Source: a virus (taxonomy: Duplodnaviria > Caudoviricetes). From it: DNA of 64,000 nt. The stretch lies in the IMG/VR virus record IMGVR_UViG_2588253758_000004, one strand, 5' to 3'. This document shows positions 46,164 through 54,351 of the stretch, one piece after another (position 1 is the stretch's first letter; every line of letters starts with the position of its first letter). The notes beneath the pieces are model-generated. The model was given only the letters and a program-made list of their open reading frames with translations. It did not search any database and was not told where the DNA came from. Made by a program: the position numbers and the translations under genes.

Positions 46164-47372
46164 TTAAAGTGATAAGAACTCGTGTGCTGGTATCATTTGT
46201 ATGGTTTTATCATCAGCAGTAAACATATCGCTTTGGTTGTGCGTAACAATATATCCGTGACTAATGTCGAGACTTTTCATAGCATCTAAGAGTCCGTTAT
46301 ATTCTCGCTCAAAATTCTCACTGTCAATAGTTAGACATACCTGAACAGCAATGGTTACTCGTCCTTTATCCATCACCACAAAATCACACTCGCCACGATC
46401 TTTATAGTAGAATATTTGCTTATACTTGCGGCGCAGATTTAGGAATATCAAATTTTCAAGTCTGCGACCCATATTATCGCTTGTAGATAGTGCATTTTCA
46501 GTATAGAGACCCATGTCCATCACATAAACCTTCTTTGGATTACGTGCCTGCACTTTAAGCGAATGACTAAACATCGGCACAAATTCAAGAAGATACGAGT
46601 CTTTGAGGTATGAAAAATACTCTAAAAACGTTGCGGGTGATTTTATGTCGAACATACCAACCAACTTATTGGCAGACAACAAATTTCCAATATTAGTTAT
46701 CAGATAGGCTGCTAATTGCCGTAGAGACATAACATCTCTAACTGAATTTCTCACAGCAATATCTCGCATAAGTATATCATCTACCAGCATATTAAGAAGC
46801 ACTGGTGAACCGCTTTTGAGATACTCTGGTATTCCTCCTGAAACAAGATAACTCATTACTGAGTCTTCATTATTTGGCAGTTGTTTGAAATCAATAAACT
46901 CCTTGTATGAAAAAGGGAATAACTCCATTGATAAGTGGCGACCTGTAAGATGTGTGCCAAGTTCTACACTCAGCATTGAGGCATTAGAACCTGTGATAAA
47001 CACTTTATAACCTTCGCGTAACAGTTGATTGACATACATTTCCCAGTTTTCAACAATCTGTATCTCATCGAAGAATAGAACCTCTATTTTTCTGCGAATT
47101 ATCTCTTTGTGCAGGCGTACAAAATCGTCTGTTTTGAAGCTTGACAAACGTATATCGTCAAAGTTTAAGTATATCGCATCTTGATAGTCTCTGCGAAGAA
47201 GTTGTAGTAAGAGCGTACTTTTACCACATCTTCGTATGCCTGTGATTATAGTGGCGAATGATTCAACCGAAGGGATGTCAGTTAATGCCTGACGTATAAA
47301 TCCGGTTTCGCGCTTCAAGAATGTTTCTCGCTGCGAATCTATTACTTGTGCTATATCCTCTTGTCTTACCAT
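46164..47372 (-). CDS. AAA+ ATPase (AAA_14 + DUF4143 family), second cargo copy
   Basis: GIRRCGKST, FFDEIQ, TGSNA, KKVYVMDMG, ECDFV; TATATTTG box at 47409-47416. Confidence 0.88.
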   Translation of the reverse strand: MVRQEDIAQVIDSQRETFLKRETGFIRQALTDIPSVESFATIITGIRRCGKSTLLLQLLRRDYQDAIYLNFDDIRLSSFKTDDFVRLHKEIIRRKIEVLFFDEIQIVENWEMYVNQLLREGYKVFITGSNASMLSVELGTHLTGRHLSMELFPFSYKEFIDFKQLPNNEDSVMSYLVSGGIPEYLKSGSPVLLNMLVDDILMRDIAVRNSVRDVMSLRQLAAYLITNIGNLLSANKLVGMFDIKSPATFLEYFSYLKDSYLLEFVPMFSHSLKVQARNPKKVYVMDMGLYTENALSTSDNMGRRLENLIFLNLRRKYKQIFYYKDRGECDFVVMDKGRVTIAVQVCLTIDSENFEREYNGLLDAMKSLDISHGYIVTHNQSDMFTADDKTIQMIPAHEFLSL

Positions 47373-47485
47373 AACTGCAAAATATCTTTTTACGTATCAA
47401 TATCTATGCAAATATAACACATCTTTCGATATAATGAACAATATCTTTCAAATGAAATGAAAAATAATTTCATTCTCCAACTAAC

Positions 47486-47519
47486 GCCGAGAATCTGCCG
47501 TGATTCTCGGCTTTTTTTT
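47486..47519 (+). terminator. Intrinsic terminator
   Basis: GCCGAGAATC/GATTCTCGGC + T8. Confidence 0.75.
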
Positions 47520-47607
47520 ATACCCATACCCAAAGAAAGTAACTGTGTGACTATTCTAAAAACACAATAAACTCTAAACAAGTAAAATCTCATAAAATCA
47601 ATCCATT

Positions 47608-47814
47608 ATGGCAACACAAATCATAGAGAGAATCTGCAACGCTTGCAGTTGCAACGAAGCTGAGGCACAGGAGTACCTCGAAAGCGAAATCAACAACCTC
47701 AGAGAGCTACGAGACCTCGACGACCTACGAAATAGCGACATCGAGAGTGCCTGCTCCGGACTGGGGCTCGACTTCGACTATATGGCGTACTTCATCGAAG
47801 CACTCGCCAGCTAA
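47608..47814 (+). CDS. Small acidic hypothetical protein
   Basis: 68 aa, D/E-rich. Confidence 0.7.
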   Translation: MATQIIERICNACSCNEAEAQEYLESEINNLRELRDLDDLRNSDIESACSGLGLDFDYMAYFIEALAS

Positions 47815-47841
47815 GTATTAACCTGCAAAACAATTAAAGCA

Positions 47842-49500
47842 ATGATAGAACAACTAAAAGTCGGTGATAAGCTCACCGTGATAAAAGTAAATTCACTTGC
47901 CGCAACCTCAATCAACCGAATTATGATTGACTCGATACAAGACGGCAAAGCGGTCTTTACCGTGAAACGCAAAAAGTATTATCTGAGCGTCGATAACAAC
48001 GTGCTGGTGCTGCGTGGGCACAATCTGGGTATCACCCAGGGGACGTGGAACAATGGCGGTAGCTGCCTGATTATGAGCGGCAACTGCAATCTGGGCGGCA
48101 TGGACAGAGAGTCTATGATCGAGCTGCTCAAAACCAACATCAACCCTCTGTTCGACCAGTGGCAGCGTATCTATTGGTTTGACGGCAAGAGCGAAGAGGG
48201 CGACCCGATATTTGTGCCTCGTCCCGTGACGGCGCACTACCTGCAATACCAAGCAGAGGCAGAGCAAAACATCAACAAAACGGCTCAGCAAATCAACCTC
48301 AATGATTTCATTTACAGCTATCGCAACGGCTCAAAACACCAGAGCCTCAATGATATGTTGAAGTGGCATTTGCGTGAGGATTTAGCGGCAAAAGAGCACC
48401 TGAAACTCGGCAAGGTGGTAGATATTATTGAGATGAGCGAAGAGGCGTTTGATGCTTTGTGCTATGGAGACCACGAATTTAAGCTCAACCACTCTGGCGG
48501 CGATAGGTCAGACGATATATCCGAAGATCGCCAAGATGTACACAACTACTCTCAGTATGAGATAGAGACATTCTACACCCTCTACACACTTATTCGTACT
48601 CCCTCCGGCAGAGCCATTACCGTTGATGCTCAGGGTTACGACTATATGCGCTATACCGGTCTGCTGCCCCACTACAAAACATCAATGGCTGCCGATTGCG
48701 CAAAGGCTACGGCAATCCTGACCAAAGCACAAAACGAGGAGGCAGAAGAGAAACAAACTCAAAAGGCGGAGGCTGAACGTCGGTACCAGCAAGAGTGTAA
48801 ACGGGTGGCGAAGGATTACCCATTCCTCACTGTCACAGTGGATAAATACGACCAGAAAGTAGCTGCGAACAATCTTCGTGTGCTACTCAAAAGAAAGTTT
48901 TCGGAGACAAAGTTCTCAGTCAAAAAATACTACTACGACTCATACACCGTCAGTTGGGTGGATGGTCCAACCGTAGGGCAAGTGACCGAAATTACTCGCC
49001 TGTTCAGAAACGAGGGCTTCGATGGTATGACCGACTCGTCATATCCTATCATCACCCCATTTAACGAGCGATATGGTGGCATAGGCAGTATCAGTGCTGA
49101 GCGAAAAGTTAGCGAACACTACAAAGAGGCGGAACTTGAACTGATTAACGTAGAACTTGGTAAGTCCTATCAAATGAGAGACTTCTCTCCGGAATATGGC
49201 GATAATGTCGGGACAATTATTCATCAACGTCTCTACAAAAAGGATTTTACTCCAACACCTGAACCCAAAGTTAAATGCACGTCCAAAGCCAAACCAGCCG
49301 TCGAAGCCATTCAAACAGAAGGTGTAGAAATAGTGGACTACTCCGAAAAATCCTTTGCCATTATCGGCGACACCAAACCCATCAAAGAGACTCTCAAACA
49401 ATTGGGCGGTTGCTTCAATGGTCGCCTGTCGTGTGGTGCGGGCTGGATCTTCTCGAAGACGAAACTCGACACCGTTAAGCAAACCCTTTTACTCACCTAA
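47842..49500 (+). CDS. Polyvalent-type protein with LPD29-like domain
   Basis: AANNLRVLLKRKF..TKFSV...VSWVDGPT...FDGMTD; C-terminal VDYSEKSFAIIGDTKPIKETLKQLGG...GWIF module. Confidence 0.7.
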   Translation: MIEQLKVGDKLTVIKVNSLAATSINRIMIDSIQDGKAVFTVKRKKYYLSVDNNVLVLRGHNLGITQGTWNNGGSCLIMSGNCNLGGMDRESMIELLKTNINPLFDQWQRIYWFDGKSEEGDPIFVPRPVTAHYLQYQAEAEQNINKTAQQINLNDFIYSYRNGSKHQSLNDMLKWHLREDLAAKEHLKLGKVVDIIEMSEEAFDALCYGDHEFKLNHSGGDRSDDISEDRQDVHNYSQYEIETFYTLYTLIRTPSGRAITVDAQGYDYMRYTGLLPHYKTSMAADCAKATAILTKAQNEEAEEKQTQKAEAERRYQQECKRVAKDYPFLTVTVDKYDQKVAANNLRVLLKRKFSETKFSVKKYYYDSYTVSWVDGPTVGQVTEITRLFRNEGFDGMTDSSYPIITPFNERYGGIGSISAERKVSEHYKEAELELINVELGKSYQMRDFSPEYGDNVGTIIHQRLYKKDFTPTPEPKVKCTSKAKPAVEAIQTEGVEIVDYSEKSFAIIGDTKPIKETLKQLGGCFNGRLSCGAGWIFSKTKLDTVKQTLLLT

Positions 49501-49503
49501 GCC

Positions 49504-50481
49504 ATGAACCCACAGATTCAACCCTATCTACCGACTCACGTTAATCTCTACTTTGTCGATTATCGTGACGACCTATGTGAGCAAAAAGAGCTACTTCAGG
49601 AGTCACTCGCTGCCAACTCATTGGATTCCATACACGAAAAAGTGTGGGATTGGTGGGACTATCCGGAAGGCACTTACCTCGACGAAATCCGCAAAAAGAT
49701 GGAGCAGGACGGAGCCGATGAGCTATACGAGGAGAACGAAGAGGAGATTCGGGACTGGCTCTCGGCAAACGACACCTCTACACCGGTCGAAGACCTGCTG
49801 AGCAACACGGGTAAAATCTCGATGTTCTACTCACTGGGGCTGGAGATAGATGGTTGGCACTCGGGGTTTATGTGCAATCCTTGGCGCAATGGCTCTTATG
49901 CTCAGGACGCTTACAAAGTCAGGCGAGTCTTAGGTATCGCCAAAGATACTCCCGAAGCAACACTCATCGACCGCATTGTCCGACAAGCGTCAGGCGGTGG
50001 CGAACTGCGAATCTATTTCAGCAATGAGCTAACGGCGGTACTCTCCGACGACCCGGAAAATGACTTCAAACAGATTCACTTCAAGGGTGAGTTTGCCGTA
50101 GCCCTCTACAATGCCGGCGAGGGTTCGGGCGACTTTGAATATATCACGCTCTACAGGACGTTCCCATTCAAACGCTCGAATCTCTACACCTCAGAGTCCG
50201 AAAAGTACAACCTCGAAAACTGTTTCGGGATGTGTAGTGATTGGCTTCATAAACAAGGTGCGCCCACCTTCACAATGGAGCTACCCAAACGAGGTCGGCA
50301 AATCAAAGAGTCCAAAAACGCTGCACGCAACGCTCAGGATGCCGAGTACAAACGCATCTTCAAAGCAGGTGGTTGTTCTGCCGGAGATATGGACATCAAC
50401 CGTCATCGAGGTGTCTACTACGAGAACAACTTCCCGTGTGGCAACCGCTGTCCGCACTGTGGGACTTTCTGGATTGATTAA
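49504..50481 (+). CDS. Hypothetical acidic protein with C-terminal Zn ribbon
   Basis: 325 aa; ends CGNRCPHCGTFWID. Confidence 0.7.
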   Translation: MNPQIQPYLPTHVNLYFVDYRDDLCEQKELLQESLAANSLDSIHEKVWDWWDYPEGTYLDEIRKKMEQDGADELYEENEEEIRDWLSANDTSTPVEDLLSNTGKISMFYSLGLEIDGWHSGFMCNPWRNGSYAQDAYKVRRVLGIAKDTPEATLIDRIVRQASGGGELRIYFSNELTAVLSDDPENDFKQIHFKGEFAVALYNAGEGSGDFEYITLYRTFPFKRSNLYTSESEKYNLENCFGMCSDWLHKQGAPTFTMELPKRGRQIKESKNAARNAQDAEYKRIFKAGGCSAGDMDINRHRGVYYENNFPCGNRCPHCGTFWID

Positions 50482-50500
50482 CACTATAACACATAGGATT

Positions 50501-50881
50501 ATGAGAGAATTTATCGAAGTGATGGTCGCCAATGGTTTTCCAGACTACCATTTTATTGCCTCTGAAAAACGTGTGCTCCGCAGTTGGAGTGACCTAATGA
50601 AGTCCGACATTGTCGAGGCATACCTGAAAGCAAACGAGATAGACCCCGAAGCAATAGACTATCTGACCACCGCCGAACTCGCCTACGACTATGTAGAAGC
50701 AAATATCCCTGCTCAACACACCGAAACAGATGATGACGGTGATGAGTATGGTTGTTGGTATGATGAGACCTACGAGATGTGGAATCAAGCCTTTGTTTCA
50801 TACGTTGAGTCCCACTGCTTGGTGGCTTATGAAGTAGACAGTGAGGCATTTTTGGAGAAAGCACGAAATATCAAAACTTAG
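50501..50881 (+). CDS. Acidic hypothetical protein (paralog A)
   Basis: ATG 50501 (MREFIEV); WYDETYEMW motif. Confidence 0.7.
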   Translation: MREFIEVMVANGFPDYHFIASEKRVLRSWSDLMKSDIVEAYLKANEIDPEAIDYLTTAELAYDYVEANIPAQHTETDDDGDEYGCWYDETYEMWNQAFVSYVESHCLVAYEVDSEAFLEKARNIKT

Positions 50882-50885
50882 AATC

Positions 50886-51275
50886 ATGGAAGACTACACA
50901 GAACTAATGGTGCTATTGGGATTTCCCCGATGGCATGTCGAGGGCGGATTTATCAATCACATTCAAGGGGCAATGGTCAATTGCAAAATGAGTGTCTACG
51001 ATTGCCTGCCCCAAGCTCGCCAATATATGCAAGAGAACAAGCTCAACCCCTTAGAGTACAACAACACAGAGTGCTGGCAGTTGGCAGATGAGTTTGTGAG
51101 AAGCAATCTATCGCCTCAGTTTAAGGATGATAATGGCGAAGAGGATTGGTATGATGAGACCTTTGAGATGTGGCAAGATGTATTTGCCTATATCTCAGAG
51201 AGTGCCTATTTGCAGCTTTACAACACCGATGAAAATACTCTGTTCAAATTAATAGAAAAACGAAAAGAAGAATGA
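50886..51275 (+). CDS. Acidic hypothetical protein (paralog B)
   Basis: ATG 50886 (MEDYTEL); WYDETFEMW motif. Confidence 0.7.
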   Translation: MEDYTELMVLLGFPRWHVEGGFINHIQGAMVNCKMSVYDCLPQARQYMQENKLNPLEYNNTECWQLADEFVRSNLSPQFKDDNGEEDWYDETFEMWQDVFAYISESAYLQLYNTDENTLFKLIEKRKEE

Positions 51276-51646
51276 CAAAAATAGTATGCTCGGTTTGTGG
51301 GTCAGAGGACGTGCAAGCCAAAGTTTGGACCAAGCCAAACGAGAATTTCGATAGAACCTGCGACTTTATCGACGAACTGATTGCCGAACCTGCCGACTGC
51401 TGGTGCTGCAACTGTGAGGAGAATCAGAAGTTGATTATTGTCGAGGAGGTCAACAACGAGCCACCCCCAAAGCAATACACCTGCCCGGCGTGCCAAGAAG
51501 ATGCACTGAAATATGCAATGATTGACACAGATGGCACCAATCTCGAAGAGGGCTACTCGTGCGGAGAATGCGGCGAGTGCTTTATCGGACTCGACAACCA
51601 AGAAGTAATCGAACATAACCCAGAAATAACAGAAGACAATGAATAG
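51272..51646 (+). CDS. Double Zn-ribbon acidic protein
   Basis: CSVC, CCNC, CPAC, CGEC. Confidence 0.65.
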   Translation: MTKIVCSVCGSEDVQAKVWTKPNENFDRTCDFIDELIAEPADCWCCNCEENQKLIIVEEVNNEPPPKQYTCPACQEDALKYAMIDTDGTNLEEGYSCGECGECFIGLDNQEVIEHNPEITEDNE

Positions 51647-52346
51647 AGAACTAATAGAAGACCTGCATCAATACTTTGAGCAGAAAGAGAATAGAACCGG
51701 CGAGGAGGTTAATTTCCTCAATCGACTGAAAAATGAGCTGCCTTACTTTCAAGTGACAGCCGTCTCTCGTGAGGACCTTCAACGAGAAGGATTTAATGTT
51801 ACCGATGTAGATGACTCCGATATGACCGAGATTGCTCGCAAACTTGCGGATGACTACTGCGAACAACTATTCTGGCTAAGCCTCGAGATAATTGCAGATC
51901 AGGGCTTCGACATACCTAAATACCTCTGCCCTAAATGTGGCAGCAGAGCGAATAGATACTGCTCTGACAGCAAGATATTTGATTGTTCCAATTGCGATAA
52001 TGAGTGGAAACAAGAAGAATCGACCGGACGCTTTGTCTTAGTCGAACATCCCGAAGAGAGCAAGTTTTACGCTGATTGTGAGGTTGGCTATGACTGTTAC
52101 AACTCCGAGGACAACGGTGCGATGTACGTCCCTGAGCATTTTTATACTGCCCACACCGGCGCAGTGCCCGACACAAATAAACTCTTCATCCCCGTAACGT
52201 GGCCGGAATCTCAAGAGTATTTCGAACTTCAATACGAAAAGGAGTCCATCTTCGAGCTATGCGAACCCATTGAGCATGGCAAAGCATTCGATGACTTCGG
52301 CAGTCAAGCGATCTGGGTGCCGCTTTCACTGATTAACAAGCAATGA
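51639..52346 (+). CDS. Acidic hypothetical protein with Zn ribbon
   Basis: CPKC...CSNC; duplicated V.(H/W)PE.....Y.P motif. Confidence 0.65.
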   Translation: MNRELIEDLHQYFEQKENRTGEEVNFLNRLKNELPYFQVTAVSREDLQREGFNVTDVDDSDMTEIARKLADDYCEQLFWLSLEIIADQGFDIPKYLCPKCGSRANRYCSDSKIFDCSNCDNEWKQEESTGRFVLVEHPEESKFYADCEVGYDCYNSEDNGAMYVPEHFYTAHTGAVPDTNKLFIPVTWPESQEYFELQYEKESIFELCEPIEHGKAFDDFGSQAIWVPLSLINKQ

Positions 52347-52347
52347 T

Positions 52348-52854
52348 ATGGAAGCAATTACAATTAACCTCTCAGCGTATGGGCACGCCTTTGAGATTAC
52401 TTTCACCGAAATAACGCCATTTCAATCTATCGCAGAGGCTCCCGATAATGTGTTGAGTCATATATTTGACCAGTTGGCGGAGATGAATATGCAGGGAGAG
52501 TTTGAAGCACAAGAGTATATCAACTCCAATGACGACGTGGTTAAATACCAAGGAAAGTGGCGAGTAGTACCAACCTTAGACTTTGCCCTTCTGTTACGTG
52601 TAGCCATCTGGGTAAACAACTACGGTCCCGACGAGGGGCTGAGCAGAGAGCTGTTTGCTGAAACTTATGGTTCGGTGATGGGCGACCACTACCTAACCAA
52701 ATGGGATAGCGTCTACCGACATAATATTATCTCTATGGCTGCTTACTTTGGTAACGACTCAAAAGATGGGCAGCGATTTGTGGATATGGTAATGCGACAA
52801 ACAACCAAGTACGAACAACGAATAAAAGCAAAGCACAATGAACGAAGAACTTAG
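52348..52854 (+). CDS. Hypothetical protein
   Basis: 168 aa, tightly packed operon. Confidence 0.65.
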   Translation: MEAITINLSAYGHAFEITFTEITPFQSIAEAPDNVLSHIFDQLAEMNMQGEFEAQEYINSNDDVVKYQGKWRVVPTLDFALLLRVAIWVNNYGPDEGLSRELFAETYGSVMGDHYLTKWDSVYRHNIISMAAYFGNDSKDGQRFVDMVMRQTTKYEQRIKAKHNERRT

Positions 52855-53122
52855 AATAACTACAGACGAGGGCGATGTGGTCTACATTCATCTTTGCCCC
52901 AACAAAACGCCGATAGCCTACCAGCGAAAGAAAAAAGAGTTGGTTGAATGCTCCGGAATGACAGAGGCAGAAGCGGAAAATTGTCTTCTCAGACCAATTC
53001 CCATAGAACTGTTTTACAGTTACGACCAAGGTCTTTTCGGTATCGAAGCTGAGTGCCTTGCCTCCTGCGAGGTCTACAATCCTTATACCGGCGAGGAGAT
53101 TCCGAACGATAATCTACCATAA
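52838..53122 (+). CDS. Hypothetical protein
   Basis: 94 aa acidic; ends YNPYTGEEI. Confidence 0.65.
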   Translation: MNEELRITTDEGDVVYIHLCPNKTPIAYQRKKKELVECSGMTEAEAENCLLRPIPIELFYSYDQGLFGIEAECLASCEVYNPYTGEEIPNDNLP

Positions 53123-53133
53123 AAGAATCACTT

Positions 53134-53724
53134 ATGAGCAGAGAAAAAGGAAAACTAACAACGGCGGACTATCTGCCAATTGCGGAGTTTAATCGGTTGG
53201 TGGAGGGGCTGCACGCCGACGGGCTGTATATGTGGGAGCTCTATTGCAGGTTGTCGTTCTGCACGGCTCTGAGGGCTTCGGATGTGCTGACGCTCACGTG
53301 GGAAGATATTCTCGACCGGGAGTTTCTCGACAAAACCGAGCGGAAAACGCAAAAAGGACGGCGGATCACATTCAACCCCTCAGTCCAGCAGAAAATCAAA
53401 GAGTTATACCAGTTGCAAGGCGAACCCAACAAAAAAGGTTCGCCTTTTTTAAACCCCAAAACTAAATCAGCCTATTCTTTAGAGTACATCAACCGATTGC
53501 TCAAAGGGTTCAAGGTGCGTTACCGACTACCTATCAAGGCATTCTCGACCCACACTTTTCGCAAGACATTCGGGCGGTATGTCTACGAGAGCAACGGACG
53601 AAGTGCCGAGTCGCTGATATTGCTTAACTCGATATTCAGGCACTCAAGCATTGATATTACAAAGGTCTACATCGGACTGCGACAAGCCGAAATAGACAAA
53701 GTTTTTAACTCGATAAAATTCTAA
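53134..53724 (+). CDS. Short tyrosine recombinase (catalytic domain only)
   Basis: TALRASDVLTLTW, THTFRKTFG, FRHSSIDITKVYIG. Confidence 0.85.
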   Translation: MSREKGKLTTADYLPIAEFNRLVEGLHADGLYMWELYCRLSFCTALRASDVLTLTWEDILDREFLDKTERKTQKGRRITFNPSVQQKIKELYQLQGEPNKKGSPFLNPKTKSAYSLEYINRLLKGFKVRYRLPIKAFSTHTFRKTFGRYVYESNGRSAESLILLNSIFRHSSIDITKVYIGLRQAEIDKVFNSIKF

Positions 53725-53727
53725 AAT

Positions 53728-54024
53728 ATGGAACATAACCAAGAATACTACGACAAAGAGTTTACCTGCACAGAGAGCTCCATTACACGAGGTGAATTAG
53801 AGAGTTTACCCTGTCCATTCTGTACCGATGGGGTGAGCGATGAGACGATGCAAAATATCATCAACCTCACCGATAACGCCACAAAACAGATAGTGCGAGA
53901 GAGAAACTTAGAGGGCATCAACATCAACGATGAAACATACTACGAAATATGGTGGGCAGAGCTGGAGTCTGCAGTCATTCACTTCAAAATCCCCTATTAC
54001 GAAGATCTACCAGAAACAGAATAG
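53728..54024 (+). CDS. Small acidic hypothetical protein
   Basis: 98 aa, very E/D-rich. Confidence 0.65.
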   Translation: MEHNQEYYDKEFTCTESSITRGELESLPCPFCTDGVSDETMQNIINLTDNATKQIVRERNLEGININDETYYEIWWAELESAVIHFKIPYYEDLPETE

Positions 54025-54026
54025 CC

Positions 54027-54323
54027 ATGAAAAAAGTAACCACATTAGAAAGTATCGCCAATATCATAGGGGCGACCGGCTTTAAGCAATACGCCAAAGA
54101 TTACGGCAATAGTCGTGTGAACCTTGATGGCGATGTAGTTGATGTAATCAACCTACTGGAGAGCTATCGAGACGATGAAAAATTGATAGACCACTTCAAC
54201 TGCTTCAAACGAGAGATGACCGACAAATACGCTTCGAGCAGCGTACCATTCTACAAAACCGATGCTTTCAACGAGCAGAACCAACAAGAAATCAATGAGT
54301 TTGGCTACATAGCCTCTATGTAG
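54027..54323 (+). CDS. Hypothetical protein
   Basis: ATG 54027 (MKKVTTL). Confidence 0.6.
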   Translation: MKKVTTLESIANIIGATGFKQYAKDYGNSRVNLDGDVVDVINLLESYRDDEKLIDHFNCFKREMTDKYASSSVPFYKTDAFNEQNQQEINEFGYIASM

Positions 54324-54351
54324 CCCCTAACCAATAAAATAGAAACATACA

